64,000 nucleotides of DNA from NCBI RefSeq assembly GCF_006345805.1, contig NW_021833441.1:62001-126000 (forward strand), written 5' to 3'. Below are positions 1 to 64,000 of this stretch, piece by piece (within the stretch, counting starts at the first letter, position 1; each line of letters begins with the position of its first letter). The position numbers and the translations under genes were made by a program. Origin of the DNA: Octopus sinensis (taxonomy: Eukaryota). A model generated the notes under the pieces. That model made no database searches and was not told the origin of the DNA. It was given only the letters and a program-made list of their open reading frames with translations.

Positions 1-80
1 CTCACTGAAAATTTATTGACTCGAAAGGATGAAAGATAAAGTCGACCTCGGTGGAATTTGAACGGAGAATGTAGCGACTA
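1..80 (-). mobile_element. SINE family B fragment at the window edge
   Basis: gaaaggatgaaagataaagtcgacctcggtggaatttgaac. Confidence 0.7.
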
Positions 81-266
81 CGCTCGGTAGTGAAGTGAAA
101 GCACGCTATAAAAATAAAACTACTGAGTGATAATAATAATAATAATAATAATAATAATGGTTAGTAAGAGCTGTGCCGTCTGGGTTAGAGAGGTTAAAAT
201 GCATTTGAAGTAATAGACTGTTGTTCATAACAAAATATATAATGGCTGCGAAGTCTTTTCGCTTAC

Positions 267-52934
<52,668 letters not shown>

Positions 52935-53266
52935 CTGAAAATAAAGAGACAAATATTACACACGTTAAGATAAGTAAAAGTAAATAAATTTGTTTTCTGT
53001 TGTTCGATACTGTCTAAATTGCTCTTTTGTCAACACCAAGAGAATAAAAACTGATGCTCACAGACAATTGTTTATTTCTCTTCATAGTTCTCATAGAAAT
53101 GTTGTTTGAACAGGAGTAAGTTTCTTCATTCTAACTTAATTATCCTTAAAGAATACATTCTACTAACCAAACAGAAAAAGATTAATAATGATAAAATATA
53201 AAAATAAAATAACAACGACACTTTATGTGCACAATATGGGTTTTACATGTATTATATATATAATAA

Positions 53267-53324
<58 letters not shown>

Positions 53325-53337
<13 letters not shown>

Positions 53338-53860
53338 GGGAATAAATCCAAACATACAGGGAAAAATTAGATTGAGGATTAAATCAAATTTCACAGTATA
53401 AATATAAATTAAATTAGAGATAAAACCACAACGAGGCAAATCAAACAGTGAAGAATATAAACCAAAACATAAAAATAAATATAATTCATATAATATACAA
53501 AATATATAAAATTAAAAATTTAAATTATTTAAATTTAAAATTTTTTATTTATATTCATAATTTTTTATATTTTTTAAATTTTTAATTTTTAATTTTTAAA
53601 CTTTTAATTTTTTAATTAAAAAATTTTTTTTAATATTTTAATTTTGCTAATTTTTTTTATATAACTATCAAAAAGTATTAAAAAGTTTAATATAATATAA
53701 TATAATAAGTAAAACCACTACGTACGTTTCGTGGCCATAACCCAATTCGAATTATAATAATTTAAATTCAATTATAAATTTGAATTATAATTATAGTCAA
53801 TCTTCAGGTTAATGATAATAGTCAAATAAATAAGCAAATATATTTAAACAATATTTTTTA
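53325..53860 (-). repeat. Right arm of the ~540-bp inverted repeat (hammerhead-like motif at 53719-53807)
   Basis: aatattagggaataaatcc...caatatttttta mirrors 51783-52320. Confidence 0.93.
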
Positions 53861-54398
53861 AGAAATAAAAAAAAATAATATTTTTCTTATAAAAAACTCT
53901 ATTATCAAATTAGAACTTTAATGATTAGGATTATGTCATACAATCCAATTATAATGTCAAATATTCATAGATAGAAAATGTATTTAACTATTAAGATATA
54001 ATAAGGCTTGAATAAACATAATAAACTCACGAATAGCCTAATCTCAGTTATAGTCAATATCTGATTACCAAATTATTTAACAAATAAATAATCACCATTC
54101 ATATTTTTAAATTTTAGCTGAAAATGGCGGGCTTAATCGCAATGCATTTCGGTAACAATCTGCCTATTCGGAACAAAAATTCAGTATTGAACTATTCCAG
54201 TGAAAAATATAAATTTAAAATTAAGGATAACATCTTTATAAGAAATTATTAGTAGTTAGCGTGAAAAAACTCGTAAGAGAAAAAATCTGTAAATTTTCAT
54301 AGATATGTAAGTATAAACATTCGTACATGCTACGACGAATTCTACGGTTGGCTGTCGGGTATGCTATATTGTGTTTTTTCCTTACATGTTTTGAGTTC

Positions 54399-54462
54399 GT
54401 TGCACTGAAGAGCATAGGATGCATATTCTGCATTGATTGCGAAATCACAGGTGATATGTAAC
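54399..54462 (+). ncRNA. Type I hammerhead ribozyme, intact core
   Basis: Stem I GTTGCA/TGTAAC; CTGAAGA 54405-54411; stem II closed by G54412-C54440; GAAA 54441-54444; stem III ATCAC-AG-GTGAT; cleavage triplet AUA. Confidence 0.8.
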
Positions 54463-54606
54463 TAAATTCTGTTTTTAAATGACTTGCTTTGAAGTTTTGC
54501 ATTCGGTACAATTTGTTTATTTTAGTAGTTTTGACTGCAAGAGTCCCTCCTAGCGTGCGGTACCTATGAATAATAGTACCCTCTATATAATATATATATA
54601 TATATA

Positions 54607-55119
54607 CTAGCAGTATCGCCCGGCGTTGCTCGGATTTGTAAGGGAAATAACTATATAAGCATTTTTAGAGAGTTACTTCCCTTATAGATGCCAATTTGGG
54701 ATTTCTTAGTCATTTCTGTTTTGGTGTCTTCAAGCCATGAAGTCGTTGTTCTAAAAGAACGCTGGTCTCCTTGACAACACTTTACGACGTTAATTTCCTT
54801 ACACTCCCTTCCCCACAGCTTCACGAGGGAGGGAAGAAGGGGGAGAAGCAAACAGGTGCAGGTGTGACCATGGACGCCAACTCCGCCGCCATCGGCACAC
54901 GAAAAATTATGCATTAAAATGGAATAAAAAATGATGTTAAATTATTTTTAAAATCGTAGACTGATCGTAGACGCGCGCTAATACTCAGACGGGCTCGATA
55001 TGAATCACGACTATAAGATACCCGAATTTGGTTAAACTGCACCGCAAAATGTGGGAGTAGTTAGGAATCTAAATCGAAGGGGACAGACACTCACACAACT
55101 ACAGTTTTATATATATAGA
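54607..55119 (-). mobile_element. Non-autonomous Helitron (~0.5 kb)
   Basis: Minus strand A|TCTATATATATAAAA...; 3' end ccgagcaacgccgggcgatactgCTAG|T. Confidence 0.8.
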
Positions 55120-55134
55120 TATATATCATTTTCA

Positions 55135-55530
55135 ATACAGGCATGGTTCTGTGGCAAGAAGATTGCTTCTCACATACATGGATTCTTTAGTCTCATTATG
55201 TGGCACCATGTACAAATAGCGTCTACTATAAGCTTGGGTCGACTAAGCTTTCTGAGTAAATTTGCTACCGGAAGCAGTGTGGAAGCCCGTTGAATATATA
55301 TGTGTGTTTGAGTGTGTGTATGTGTGTGTGTGTTTGTCTTTCTGTTTATCACCACCAACGCTTAATAACCAATGATGTTGTGTTTACGTCTCTGTAACTT
55401 AGTGGTTCGGCAAAAGCTATCCGATTGATTACGTTCCAGATTTTAAAAAGTAATTACTAAGAACAATTTGGTCGAGTAAACCCTTGAAGTTAGTGCCCCA
55501 GCACGGCCGCAATCTAATGACTGCAACAAA
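55135..55530 (+). mobile_element. SINE family A, diverged
   Basis: Degenerate head and tail (cagcacggccgca...tgactg). Confidence 0.65.
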
Positions 55531-56250
55531 GAATAGTAAAAGTATGTACTCCAGTGGCAATGTAATGATATAAGAACTTTAAAAACAATGAATTATTACA
55601 ATAACATTGACTATCTTCAGACTAGTTCACAACTTTAAGCATCATATTCGAAGAACATAAAACAATAAATGTTCATCTTTAATACATACATGAATATATA
55701 TATCACATATATTTAGCCACTTTAAAGTGATCATGGGCAATATTTTTTGCTTCTTATACTGCTTCTTTCATGAACAGAGATTTTCTAACATTTTAGTGTC
55801 CTAGTCACACAATCAATGACACTATTTTCTATATATTGCAATCGAAGTAAATCCTGACATGCCTGGCCACGACTACCCACCTCTAAGGAGATCAAGTACA
55901 GATCGAAACCAGTGGGCTAAATTTTTTGAATCTAGGGAAGCAGGTGTTATCTCCCGATTGCACTAAGTATTGAGTGTGAGAAGCGAACTGAAAAAATCAA
56001 CTGATGTGTTCCTCTGGTTAAATGGCAGCGTCGTTGTCTCGTAGACGACAGATAGATAGATAAATAGAAAGAGAGAGAGAGAGAGATAATATAGATATAG
56101 ATGTATATTTACATATACATATAAATACACAACTACAAGCAGATATATGTATATGAGATAGATGTATGCATGTATGAATATTTATTGGTGCATATATATA
56201 TATATATATATATAAATATATGAATATATACATGTATATATATTTGTATA

Positions 56251-56295
<45 letters not shown>

Positions 56296-56313
56296 ATATG
56301 TATATATATATGC

Positions 56314-56352
<39 letters not shown>

Positions 56353-56377
56353 GTATGTATGTATGTATATGCATGTA

Positions 56378-57146
56378 CGAGGTCGTTTCAAGTTTCACGA
56401 ATGAGTTCTTTAGCGCGCAAACAGAAGGCTGCATACGATTGTATGCGCGATGGTACCTAGCAGTGACCTTCATGAGGCAGCCTGCTGAGTGACATCGCTG
56501 TATGTACTTCGCAAGATGTGGAATTTGCATTTCGGTAATACTGTAATCTCTGATTTATGTCATGAACAGGAAATTGGAAGAAATGAATAAAGTGTAATTT
56601 TGCGTTAAAATTGGAAAGTCTGCTACAGAGATATTGTGCATGCTTTGGCAAACTTATAGCGGCGAGACAGTGGGTCGTATGTCATGTTTCGAGTGTACGG
56701 GCGCACGAACAAATCACAGTTTAATCAAGACCATGTTCGTCATTTTCTTCCGACATCCTCGGTATTGTGCATTGGGATATTTTTCAGGGAGGACGTTTGG
56801 GGAAAATGACCGGATGTGGATTCGCGAAGTATTGAATTATTCACGACAACAACAATGCACCTATCACCTCACTCGTGAGTTTCTTACCAATAACAATATG
56901 CTATCGCCTCTGCACCTGCTCTATTATCCAGATTTACCATTTGCTGACTTGCATCTGTTCCTCAAGATGAAAAATCAGCTCAGAGGTCGAGGTCAAGAGC
57001 GAATTTAATACCATTGTTGAGATCAAGCGGTCCTCGACACGCCTATGGAAAACTACGTCCAGACCGGATTCCAAAAGTGTCAGAAAAGCTGGGGCCGCTG
57101 TATTAATGATCAGGTAACATAAGTTACTTTTATTAAACAAAGCTCG
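56378..57146 (+). mobile_element. Internally deleted mariner remnant
   Basis: FCVKIGKSATE, KTMFVIFF, YYPDL...DLHLFLKMKNQLRG; starts TA|CGAGG. Confidence 0.8.
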
Positions 57147-57586
57147 TTCAGAAAATTTATATATATGACGGGTTTCCTTCAGTTACCATGTACATATTTA
57201 ACCAACATAAACGGGTTTGTACGGATGGAGACCAGAGTACACGCAGAAGGAAAGAATACAGAATCAAAATTCTCATTACACAGCCATGCCAACGCCTACG
57301 CGTATGCACACACACACACACACACATACACGCACCCACACATACACATACAAAAACACTACACACACACACATATTACGGAAATGGAAAATGGATTTTA
57401 CGAGATTCGTTAATCACTACTGCCGTTTTAACCCGTCTTAAATCGGCCCCTCACGGATCAGATAATGGTCGATTGGCCGCGGTGCATCTTTCTTTGCGGA
57501 TGTTTCTCATCAGTTGGCATCTCAAAAATTATTCTGCTCAATAAACTCGGTTTCACTTGGTTCGATTATAAAGTATTTCGTTAGTT

Positions 57587-57860
57587 AATAATAATGATAA
57601 TAATATTAAAATATAATAATAATAATATAATAATAATAATAATAATAATAAAATAATAATAATAATAATAATAATAAAAATAATAATAATAATTTTAGTA
57701 TGAATAAGGTGAAGACGAAGAAGAAAAAGAAGGAGGAGCAGAAGAAGAAGAAGAATAGAAGAAGAAGAAGAAGAAGAAGGCGAAGAAGAAGAAGAAGAAG
57801 AACAGCAACAACAACAACAACAAAAACAATGACAACAACAACACTAATAACAACGAAGAA
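57587..57860. repeat. (TAA)n-(GAA)n-(CAA)n compound microsatellite
   Basis: Visible directly. Confidence 0.95.
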
Positions 57861-58017
57861 GTCGGTGATGAATAAAAAGTAATATAAGTAGCAAGAAAAC
57901 AGACAAGATGGACAAGCAAAACAATAACAAGAAAATTCGGGAATGAGGATAGAAATGATAATAAAAATATATCAACATAAGTAAAATTATCAGACATACA
58001 CACAGACACAAACGTAC

Positions 58018-58147
58018 GAGGGACACACCAAACGTTGTTTTATGTTGTGGACGACTAGCTACATTAACATCCTTCCTAAAGAAATTGAAACGGCATATGC
58101 AGCCATCACACTGGACAGTTTGACCAAATTGCCCCAGCTGTAGCTCA
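58018..58147 (-). CDS. Possible upstream exon of the same gene (ELQLGQFGQTVQCDGCICRFNFFRKDVNVASRPQHKTTFGVSL)
   Basis: Good acceptor (cattttctatttgtacag), donor gtacgt, and only one frame open. The CxxCxC is loosely LRRCT-like, but its phase-0 end does not join the 52934 exon. Confidence 0.35.
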
Positions 58148-58926
58148 CTGTACAAATAGAAAATGACGACTACCAACTTCAGCACGTCATGTAATTGTAG
58201 AGTTTAAAATAACTCATGTTATTGAATCAGTACCTCAAAAGAGTGATGATGAATATATTTCTATACTTTCTTTTCTTTAAGTGAGTATAACTCTGCATAA
58301 ATATATATTTCATAATATACCCACCTATAGACACAAATGCAAACATAGATATTCACGTACAATCATACACTCATACACAAAATGTTATACATTTATGGAG
58401 ACACATACAGACACAAACATTCATAGACAACTTCATACACACTCTAACATGAAAATAGTAACAGAACATTAGTTAGAGATAGAGAGAGAAAAAGGAAAAT
58501 GAGAAGGCATCAAGTTCCTAGAAAATATTCATAAATAAAATATTAATTCTTCTATCTTTAGAATCATATTAATAAAAGGCGGACGGTAAAGGAGAAAATG
58601 GCCGAAATGATGTTGATGATGATGAGGAGGATGATTGCGATGTTGATCGTAAATGTTGTAATAATGATGGTGAGAAGGAAAAGTGGGTTAATGATGATGA
58701 TTATTATCGAAAACGATGACAAACGCTACCGATTAATTGGTGATGACGAGGTTGATTATTATGATGTTCATAACGAAGGTGATGATGATTCTGCATGCTA
58801 GAAATAGCAGAGTAAATGAGGGAAGGAAATAGTTATGATGACAAGATAAATTACAACGATTAGTGAATACGAAAATATGATTAGCAGAAGGACTATGAAT
58901 ATGATAGCGATGAAGATGTTACTGAT

Positions 58927-58939
58927 GACGATGATGATA

Positions 58940-58988
<49 letters not shown>

Positions 58989-59226
58989 CGACGATGATAA
59001 CCATATATATGATGAAAGATGTGATGAAAAATTAGAAATTGATAAGAATAACGAAGAAGGTGAAGGAAAATAAATCATAGAATTATAGATATAGTAAAAT
59101 AGAAGAAGAAGAATAAGAAGAAGAAGACGAAGAAGAAGACGAAGAAGAAGAAGACGAAGAAGAAGAAGACGAAGAAGAAGAAGAAGAAGAAGAAGAAGAA
59201 GAAGAAGAAGAAGAAGAAGAAGAAGC
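58927..59226. repeat. (GAT)n and (GAA)n microsatellites
   Basis: Visible directly. Confidence 0.95.
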
Positions 59227-59454
59227 AAAATGATTCATGAAAAGAGGAGAAAGAAGTTGAAAAACTTAAAAGCAGAAGAACCAGAAATGATGAACAAGAT
59301 GAATGTAGAGAAAAAGTTGTGATGAAGACGATAAATGCAGGAAAAGAAGATATATTAAGACAAGAAAAATAACGTGGAATATCAGAATGGGGAAACAAGT
59401 GGGAATAAAAGAATATAAATACAAATATTATAGTCACACATCAAACAAACGCAA

Positions 59455-59950
59455 ACATATATACATGGAGCTTACAAAAATAATTTCAAGTGCAGACTTT
59501 GTCTATTAGAAAAAATGTACATCTTATTCAAAGACAATAATTCTTTGAATCAAAGAAGTGAGTTAATGAACTTATGTAGGCACGCGGCTAAATTTAAAAT
59601 GTCGAATATAAATATACCATATGGATAGAGTATATATTTTGTATTTTTGATTTTTGATTTTGATTTTGACTCTTGAGCGCTACGATGGATTTTGATTTTA
59701 TTTTTGTTTTTGTTTTTGTTTCCAAGCTATGCGGATCTAAATCCGTATAGCAAAGTCTTATGTTTCTACATATATATTAGGAAAAACCTACAAACTTTGT
59801 TTTCATGTTATTGTATTGCATAGGATTACCTTGATTATTTATATTACCTTGATTATTTATAAATTACCCAAAATAGGATGTTATATTTTATTTTATATGT
59901 GTTTCGTATATATTTTTATTAATGCACCCATTTTTAAAAGCAATGTTTTT
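59455..59950 (+). mobile_element. Penelope-like 3' end with pLTR-like tail
   Basis: Reads CRLCLLEKMYILFKDNNSLNQRSELMNLCRHAAKFK, followed by hairpin ctatgcggat-ctaa-atccgtatag (eroded hammerhead stem II). Confidence 0.75.
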
Positions 59951-60725
59951 TAAAAAAAGCAATGTTGTCAAAATTAGAATGTTTATATAAGTATGTGTAT
60001 AGCAAAGCATATGTATTTGTAAGCATGCGTATCTGTGTATGTGTAAGTGAAAGTATGTTTGTGCTTAAGCACACATATACACGACGCTATGTATATGTAT
60101 CCATTCAAACTTGTGTATATATACTGGTCTCTATAGATGCCAATAACACCGTTACACTGCTTGTATACATAATTTGTTTTCTTTTTTCTTTTTTCATTTT
60201 TTCTTATTTCGTTTTTTCCCCACCCCTCCTTCGTTCCTTTTTCTCTCTCTCCCTTTCTTTCGTTCCCCCTCCTTGCCCAGTATATGAGAATTGCTACATA
60301 GATGAATTTTAGCTTGCGTGCGAGACGGTTTGCGTGAATATATGTACACATGCTTTTATGTGTATATTTAGTTCTATATTCATACGTCTGTATATGTATG
60401 TATGGCGTTTACGCGCATCCTTTTGTGTATGTTGATATATATATGTAGATTTTAATATAAATATGTATTGCAGTATTTATAACAGGTTTAATTTCTATGC
60501 ATTAATTTGCACTGTCTTCATTAACGTCAATAGGTTTTTTCCTCGGATTTTATAATTTTTATAAGTTTTTTATATATATACATATATCTTTGACCTTTTT
60601 GTTTATCGCTCGAAGATTGACCGTTTTTTCTAAAGGGCCAATCAAACAAGTCCATTTCTTTTTAAAGGTGTAGCATTTGTAAGAGTATAGATTGAATTGA
60701 TATATCAGTTCCATTCTAGCAAAAA

Positions 60726-60763
60726 CTGTCTGATGAACGGCAACGAGAAACTCAGAGTAACAG
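60726..60763 (+). ncRNA. Minimal type I hammerhead-like motif, degenerate stem II
   Basis: CTGT-CTGATGA-ACGGCAACGA-GAAAC-TCAGA-GTA-ACAG. The 10.1/11.1 pair is A/A instead of G-C. Confidence 0.55.
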
Positions 60764-60795
60764 ATTTTGTTGAATTTTCTGCTGCTTAAAATAAA

Positions 60796-60901
<106 letters not shown>

Positions 60902-60979
60902 TGTGTGTGTATACACGTTTATGTATTTGTTTTGCAAGAATTGTGATGTGAAATCGTGTCTTGAAACAGATATTTGTTG

Positions 60980-61452
60980 TATTTAGGAATGGTCATGTTG
61001 TCAGTTTAGCCAATAAAAAACACACGCACTATATATTTGGTGTTACTTTGCTTCAGCTTTATTATTTTTTACATTAATCTTACCCTTTTTTCGGCCAGAG
61101 TTCTTTCGTCACACTCCTGTGACCTCATCAGTGGTTCATTGCTTTCTTCATTCATATTTGTGTGTCTCTCCTTACTAACGATCAGCCATTTTGTATTTTG
61201 TATTTCTATTGTATGTGTCTTCATTTGCGCATGTGTATACCTCTATATGTGTCTGTGTTTAGTTAGAGTGTGTGTGTTTGGGGGGGAATGTCTGTAATAT
61301 TTGAATCTCCTGTTTATATACGTTCGAAAGAAGTCTGCCCGAAATAAGATTAAGATTAATGTCAAAAATAAATACAGCTGAATGAAAGTAGCACGAAATA
61401 TATAGTGCGTGTGTTTTTATTGGCTAAAATGGCAAAATGACCATTCCTAAAT
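60980..61452. repeat. ~75-bp imperfect inverted repeat enclosing a hammerhead motif
   Basis: tatttaggaatggtcat...cttcagc (60980-61057) versus gctgaatg...atgaccattcctaaata (61377-61452). Confidence 0.8.
61095..61134 (-). ncRNA. Minimal type I hammerhead-like motif
   Basis: CCA-CTGATGA-G-GTCAC-aggagt-GTGAC-GAAAG-AA-CTC-TGG. 5-bp stem II, 3-bp stem I, 2-bp stem III. Confidence 0.55.
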
Positions 61453-61467
61453 ATATATATATATTCC

Positions 61468-61536
<69 letters not shown>

Positions 61537-61827
61537 CTGTGTCTGCGTACATACATCCACCTATATATACCTTATCAAACCCTGATGTATAAACGCACAC
61601 ACTCACTTCCAGGCCACACATATATTCCCACTTTCTCACACACAGGCAAACATAAATTGCAAGACAATATGAATTGTAGAAGAATGAGGGTAAATAAAGA
61701 AGATAAGAGAGACATTTAGTTTGTGGAAATGACATTGGATGACATATCGAGATCTTATTATGAAGAAGATGACTAACATAAGAGAAAGTTGATGATGAAG
61801 AATAGGCCGAAAAAGGAAACAACGATG

Positions 61828-61850
61828 AAGAAGCAGCAGTAGTGGTAGTG

Positions 61851-61881
<31 letters not shown>

Positions 61882-62070
61882 AAGAAGAAAAAGAAGAAGA
61901 AGAAAAAGAAGAAGGAGGAGGAGGATGTGGTGGAGCAGGAGAAGAAGAAGAGAAGAAGAAGAAAAAGAAGAAGAACAACAACAACAAGGAGAATATGATG
62001 ATGATAATGATGATGATGATGATGATAATGATGATATGCAACAACAACAGCAACAACATTAAAACAACAA
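61828..62070. repeat. (GTA)n-(GAA)n-(GAT)n-(CAA)n compound microsatellite
   Basis: Visible directly. Confidence 0.93.
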
Positions 62071-63374
62071 TAAGAGAAGTGGCAGAAAATGTAGGAGATG
62101 AAGAAAAGAATGATGTAAAAAATAAGGAGGAAACGAAAGAGTCTGTCATGAAGAAAACTTAAATATAATATTTCTGATCTTATAATAATTCTGCTTGTCA
62201 TTATGTTAATTAGTCCGTCGGTAACGCTTTCTCGTAATTAGAGAAAAAGAGGGAGAACGAAAAAGAGCGAAAGAGAAATGTCCATGACCTGAGGTAGAAG
62301 GAACGTGACTGTAATGCTTTCACGTGATTAGTTGAATGGAATGAGAGACCAAGAGAAAGAAAAAGGAATGAGAAAACGAAAGTAAGTCGAAGAGTGGGGC
62401 AGAAAGAGAGGGAGAGGGAGAAAAGGGGAGAGAAAAAGACCGGGGGAGAAAAAGAGGGAGAGGACATGTGGTAGGGGGAACGTAATATTTATTACGTGAT
62501 GAAAAGGTTAGTTGAAGGTAGTGATATTGAGGAGGGTTACGAATATAATCTTAGCAGAGGCGTGATGTTCTGATGGTGAGATTAAAGAAAGGTAGATAGG
62601 TCGATAAAAAGATAGATAGATAAACTGAGAAAATGAGAGAAAGGGGGAGTGAGGGACGGTGGTAGTGGTTGTGGTGGAAGTGGTAATTGTGAGTGCATAA
62701 AGCAAAGTAAGTTTTGAATTGAACTAAGTATTTTATACCACCTTTCACTTAACGCATGCTCATAACTCAATTCTGTTAAATATTCACACTTATTTACAGT
62801 CTCATGTGTAAGGTGTTTATATATATTACAATTAAGAAATATACCCATTATAATTAAAATATATATATTTCAATTAAAATAAAGGTGGACACACAGTAAA
62901 TTCCATCTCTACAAGATCTCGGTTGATGTTGTTACTGCTTCTCATACAATCTGCCTTTGGTTGTGCTTCTGCCACGGTGAAATAGAAATTCGCAGTTTAC
63001 GGTTATTTGATCCTTGTTCCAGAGCTGTGCTTATGAAATAAGGAAATTACAAAACTTGACTGAACAGTGGATAGATGAAGATTAGAAGCTACTCGCGAGA
63101 GGGTTAGGCACTACAGGCAGCGGATAAGAGAAGAATAGCGGTAAGAATCCAGAGAAAGGGACAAATGGTACCAACAGATGAGACGATCTGCAATAGATGA
63201 AGAGCAACGCAAGGCACAATTGTAGTGAGAGAGAATGCAAGACCAAGGTAGAAGACAGGATGAGGAAGAACAAACACAGTACAAGGAACAACAAAGATTG
63301 ATATTTCAGCGGAGAATGGAAATCATGAATGATATGCAGTGTGCCGCAAAGAAGAGGTCTACATTGTTTCTGTA

Positions 63375-64000
63375 TTGTTGTGGAAGGATTCCGACCACCT
63401 TCCAATTGACTAGAAGTGTACTGACATATTCCTATTAAATAGACAACTGTCGAGTCTTCATCAATTAATTGGTAAATGGTTCACTGTGAGCCACTGACAA
63501 AGAGCGTTGGGTAATCGATTCGCGTCGTGTAAACACTTTCTTTCCCCCTGATTCCTTAAATCATCCGTTCCAAACCAGAGTATAAAAGTGGCGAAGAGTT
63601 CTTCGAAGTTTGCGTTCGACGTTTAAATTTGTTTGGGATGGGTATGAAACCAAAGAAAAATTGTTGAAGATAGAAGGCTTATTGGCGTCTGTGGTGCAGT
63701 TGCAACAGCAACAATAGTAACAACAACAAGAGCAACTACAACAGCAACAACAACAAAACCAAGAGTTGCTGGAATCAATGCTAAAGAAGTCTAAAAATAT
63801 TTCAGGCGTGAACTTGCCAGACAGCGTAGCAATCTCTATTGAAGTATTCAGTTATAATCCAGAAGATGGGATTACCTTCTCTGCATATTTTCGAAGATAC
63901 GAAGAAATTTTCAAAGAAGAATTTATAAATTGATCTGAGAGGAAAAATTGTACGACTACTTTGTAAGACAGGTATCCCTTTGCCAAATACAAAAAAATAT
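63375..64000 (+). mobile_element. 5' part of a Ty3/Gypsy LTR retrotransposon (putative LTR, PBS, decayed gag)
   Basis: TG-start at ~63375; tggcg PBS-like at ~63589; gag-like EVFSYNPEDGITFSAYFRRYEEIF with stops. Confidence 0.65.

Noticed and set aside
57480-57520. CTGATGAG...GAAA on the minus strand
   Set aside because: The intervening sequence cannot form stem II.
59720-59765. Hairpin resembling hammerhead stem II after the PLE 3' end
   Set aside because: Core CTGANGA and GAAA are both eroded; not called as a ribozyme.
63082-63438. Charged Q/E/R-rich ORF resembling a Helitron Rep/Hel N-terminus
   Set aside because: Composition only; no Rep or helicase motif and interrupted by stops.

Overview
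AT-rich, microsatellite- and transposon-dense eukaryotic DNA. The SINE and repeat families point to a cephalopod, probably Octopus (inference). The main feature is one large multi-exon gene on the minus strand that the ORF track does not show as a single gene. I joined 16 exons by hand (52934 down to 267) using GT-AG sites and reading-frame phase. They encode an adhesion-type GPCR with the ectodomain order LRR - LRRCT - 12-Cys Ly6/uPAR (LU) - SEA-like - HormR - GAIN/GPS - TM1 - TM2, and the gene runs off the left edge of the window. The GPS reads CSCDRL/KSFAVLM and lacks the catalytic His and Thr/Ser. Two single-base frame problems lie in or next to homopolymers, so this is either a pseudogene or an assembly error. 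The introns hold three R4/Dong-type RLE LINEs (one nearly intact), several Penelope-like elements with type I hammerhead ribozyme motifs, mariner-superfamily transposons, two non-autonomous Helitrons, two tRNA-derived SINE families, an RTE fragment and the start of a Gypsy element. One 72-nt LRR exon sits in the loop of a ~540-bp inverted repeat. I found no rRNA, true tRNA gene or CRISPR array. All coordinates were read by eye; repeat boundaries are approximate.
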